Source of the DNA: Eledone cirrhosa
Taxonomy: Eukaryota
Length of the DNA: 64,000 bases
Assembly: GCA_964016885.1 (NCBI GenBank)
Contig: OZ024751.1
Coordinates: forward strand, 49,848,001 to 49,912,000
Reading direction: 5' to 3'
Below, one piece after another: positions 61,019 to 64,000 of the stretch. The notes under the pieces are model-generated. The model had not been told where the DNA came from. It made no database searches and saw nothing but the letters and a program-made list of their open reading frames with translations. The first letter of the stretch is position 1; each line of letters begins with the position of its first letter. The position numbers were made by a program, and so were the translations under genes.

Positions 61019-62480
61019 TAGATAGATCGATTATATATATTATATATATTAGCTTTGTGAATAATGTTCACCGACTTCCTTCTATTGCACTTTCTCCACC
61101 GTTTTCAGGATTGTGCTTTCCAAGCCTCTCAATAATAACCTTAAAAACATTCGATGTTAAGATGGTGATGGATACTCCGTCGGTTTCGTTTATGAACATC
61201 GAGCTGTTCTATCATCTGAAACGCCCGACTTGTGAATGAAAGAGTATGTTCTTGAGTATTCCACAGTAATATGTGCCCTAAGGAAAATGTTAAACAAACG
61301 ACAGCATCTACGCGACTCAATATAAAACAAGGTTGAGCCTTTGAATTACTGGTACAATTCCCCAGAAGTGGTTCCAGACAGCTTCGGTCAATCCAATTTC
61401 ATTCACAAGGAATGTGTTGAGCCGAAGTTATGATAAAGATACTTTCTCAAGATGCCATGCATCGAGGATCAAGCCACATACGTCATGATTGCGAAACGAA
61501 ATTCTTACCCACACTTGCATCCCTACGTTCAAAGACTACGATAGGCACAAGAATATATAATTTGGGAGATAGATATAGTCAATTAAACCTTTCCCATTGC
61601 ATAACATATTGTAAGATGTCTACAATGGGCGAAAAGCAATGCTCCCAAGCATGACCTGTATATAGAATGTCTAAGGGAGGCAACCATAAGCAGCATTAAA
61701 TAGCACTAAATAACACAAGACTGTTATTAAAAAGACATGTGTCTGTTGTATGCAGTAATATAACGTTTCTTTTATGCCATCAAAATAAACATAATATGCA
61801 TTCAGTCATCACATTCTCAAGCCAAAGATAAAGCCTATACGTGGTTGTTTACCCTCCTAGAAATAACAGCCAATATTCTCCTTCAAATGAAACTTTACCT
61901 TAAAAATCAAAAGTTCACGATGCATTAATATAGTCCTAGGTACATTATAATCACGCAAACACGAAAGTGTTTTTAAGACCCATAATCTTGTTCAAGTAGG
62001 GATTACCCCTTGAAGGGCCTGAAAATGGCCTCATAGGCATCATGGTTTTAAAGCAACGTTTTATGGTCGCATGCCCTTCATAACACCAACCCTTCATGTC
62101 ACCTTTTAGGGTACACAGGGATATCTACACTTATTTTAAAGCAGATATACACAGCAATCCTAGATACACTATATATCTGCTAGAAATAATAGCCAAATCA
62201 CACACAGTCTCTCAAATGACAACCTGCCATCAGCAATATTTTCACATCATCTAACATCTTCTTTCGCAGGATTATTAATATTATTAATTTTATTATTACA
62301 ACTAACATCATCATCATTGTTATCATCATCATAACTCCCCCCTATTACTTCGAGATACTCAGCATCTTCATGATGATGATGATCATCATCATCATCTTCA
62401 TGATCCTCATTGTCATCACCCTCATCATTCACTTCATCATCATCGTTATCATCATCATCATCATTATTATCATCATTCAC

Positions 62481-62512
<32 letters not shown>

Positions 62513-62719
62513 GAAATTTCAGAAGTAATAATAATAACAATAATTATATTTTATAATTTTGGCGCAATTTTGGGTCTGATAAATGTCAATTATATCGACA
62601 CCAGTATTTGACTGGTATTTTGTTTTATCAATTCCGAAAGAATTTTTAGAAGAAATTGATCTCGACGGGATTTGAATACAGAACATAAAATCGGAATAGA
62701 TTCTGCAAAGAATAATCGC

Positions 62720-62922
62720 AAAGATATTAGAAAAACACATGAAGATTTAGAATATTATGCCAAAAAAGAGTGTAGGGGCAAAGATTTATTAGTATTTTAT
62801 CAAATTACACTAAAGAATGAAATATATATATAGAAGAAAGATATTAGAAAAACACATGAAGTTTTAGAATATTATGCCAAAAAAGAGTGTAGGGGCAAAG
62901 ATTTATTAGTATTTTATCAAAT
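62720..62922. repeat. Direct duplication of an 85-bp AT-rich block
   Basis: aagatattagaaaaacacatgaag...ttttatcaaat at about 62721-62804 and about 62838-62922. Confidence 0.85.
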
Positions 62923-63014
62923 CTAAACTATAATAAAGCAAGGAATGCGGGACTGCGTGCGGTTTATAATTGTTTATCCCATTAGTAAAATAAGTTGGAT
63001 TACTTTGAATAAAT

Positions 63015-63120
63015 AATTGTTTCTACTTTTGGCACAAGGCCAGCAATTACCCAGTACATTACTGGTACTTTATTTTATCGACAATGTAAGGATGAAAGGC
63101 AAAGTTAACCTCGGCGGGAT
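63015..63120 (-). mobile_element. SINE family A, 5'-truncated, with TSD of about 21 bp
   Basis: ggattactttgaataaataat at 62997-63017 and 63117-63137. Confidence 0.88.
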
Positions 63121-64000
63121 TACTTTGAATAAATAATGAATGAATATTACATAATTTATCTACTAAATTTCGTTGCTGGTCATTAAATATATTTTATTAC
63201 TTATTTAAAGATTCACTTCCTTAAAATTTTCAAATGTCAACACTTCCGGTTAGCGATCGCTAAAATAAATATTCATATATTTCTGTTACTAATTTTCTCC
63301 TAATGCAGTTTATATATAATATCGTCTTTTTTAATGTATCATGGATTACGTTACTGATTACATAAGAGAGTGAAACGCAGTCTTCGTTCAATTTCTGTCT
63401 ATATTGTCAATTACGATTTTATTTGATCGTATCTCCATGCATATATACTTGCGTATAATATCAATATACACACTACACATGCTAGCAGAAAACCAACCGA
63501 AGGGTGGTTTTTCTGCTAGTTACACTAAAGAATGAAATATATAAATAGAACAAAGTAGAAAATATTAAAACAGAGTATCTCTGTTGTCATTTGGGTTAAA
63601 AAATGATCCACGTTTTGGGTGGGTAAGATACAGCGATTCCTATTGATGTAATGTGATTATCACCAATAGTTTATCTATTGCATGCATCACGCAAACGGAG
63701 CATATCTCTTCATAAACCTGCACTTGAAAATTTCCAACATGTTCTTACTTACAAGTAAGCACTGTGAAATTAATACATTGTCAGTGAAGGCGGATGTCCA
63801 GTGTGCAATTTCTGCTGATTTGTCATCAGGTATATTTTCTCTTCTATGTCTCATTCCCTTTTCTGTTTAACACTCTCTACTGTCTTCGAAAGACTGCCGC
63901 CCACATTCATTATCCCTTTCCTCTCCTAGTGATTCAAAGTTTGTTCAAGAAACGTATGGGAATTGTATTTTCAAATATGTAGAAACAACAGATCGGTGCA

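Noticed and set aside
63482-63519. Hairpin ctagcagaaaacca..tggtttttctgctag as a terminator
   Set aside because: Eukaryotic intronic context. More likely a tiny fold-back scar, next to a block duplicated from about 62803-62835.

Overview
AT-rich, microsatellite-saturated animal genomic DNA, most likely octopus, judged from the SINE families and the (TA)n/(TACA)n load. Almost every ORF in the supplied track is a translation of a simple repeat. The only supportable host coding sequence is two GT-AG, phase-1 collagen Gly-X-Y exons on the + strand (27 nt at 21737-21763, 108 nt at 57791-57898), so most of the window is probably intron. Mobile DNA includes a decayed, 5'-truncated R4/Dong-type RLE LINE in (TACA)n, about 13 copies of one tRNA-derived SINE, RTE-like non-autonomous elements, two tandem Helitrons, hAT and Tc1 MITEs and a CRE remnant. 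The most striking signal is that many of the 100-800 bp unique islands between (TA)n tracts carry a minimal type I hammerhead ribozyme: stem I, CUGANGA, stem II, GAAA, a tiny often palindromic stem III, UH, stem I', then often AATAAA. About 20 motifs from at least 10 unrelated families were found. Many islands are fold-back palindromes whose inverted arm stops at a family-fixed point 20-27 nt before a shared GAGTRCY motif. This fits (TA)n-targeting Penelope-like element termini or non-autonomous derivatives, including a U3-A8 core variant. All structures were paired by eye, no searches were run, and element boundaries are approximate.
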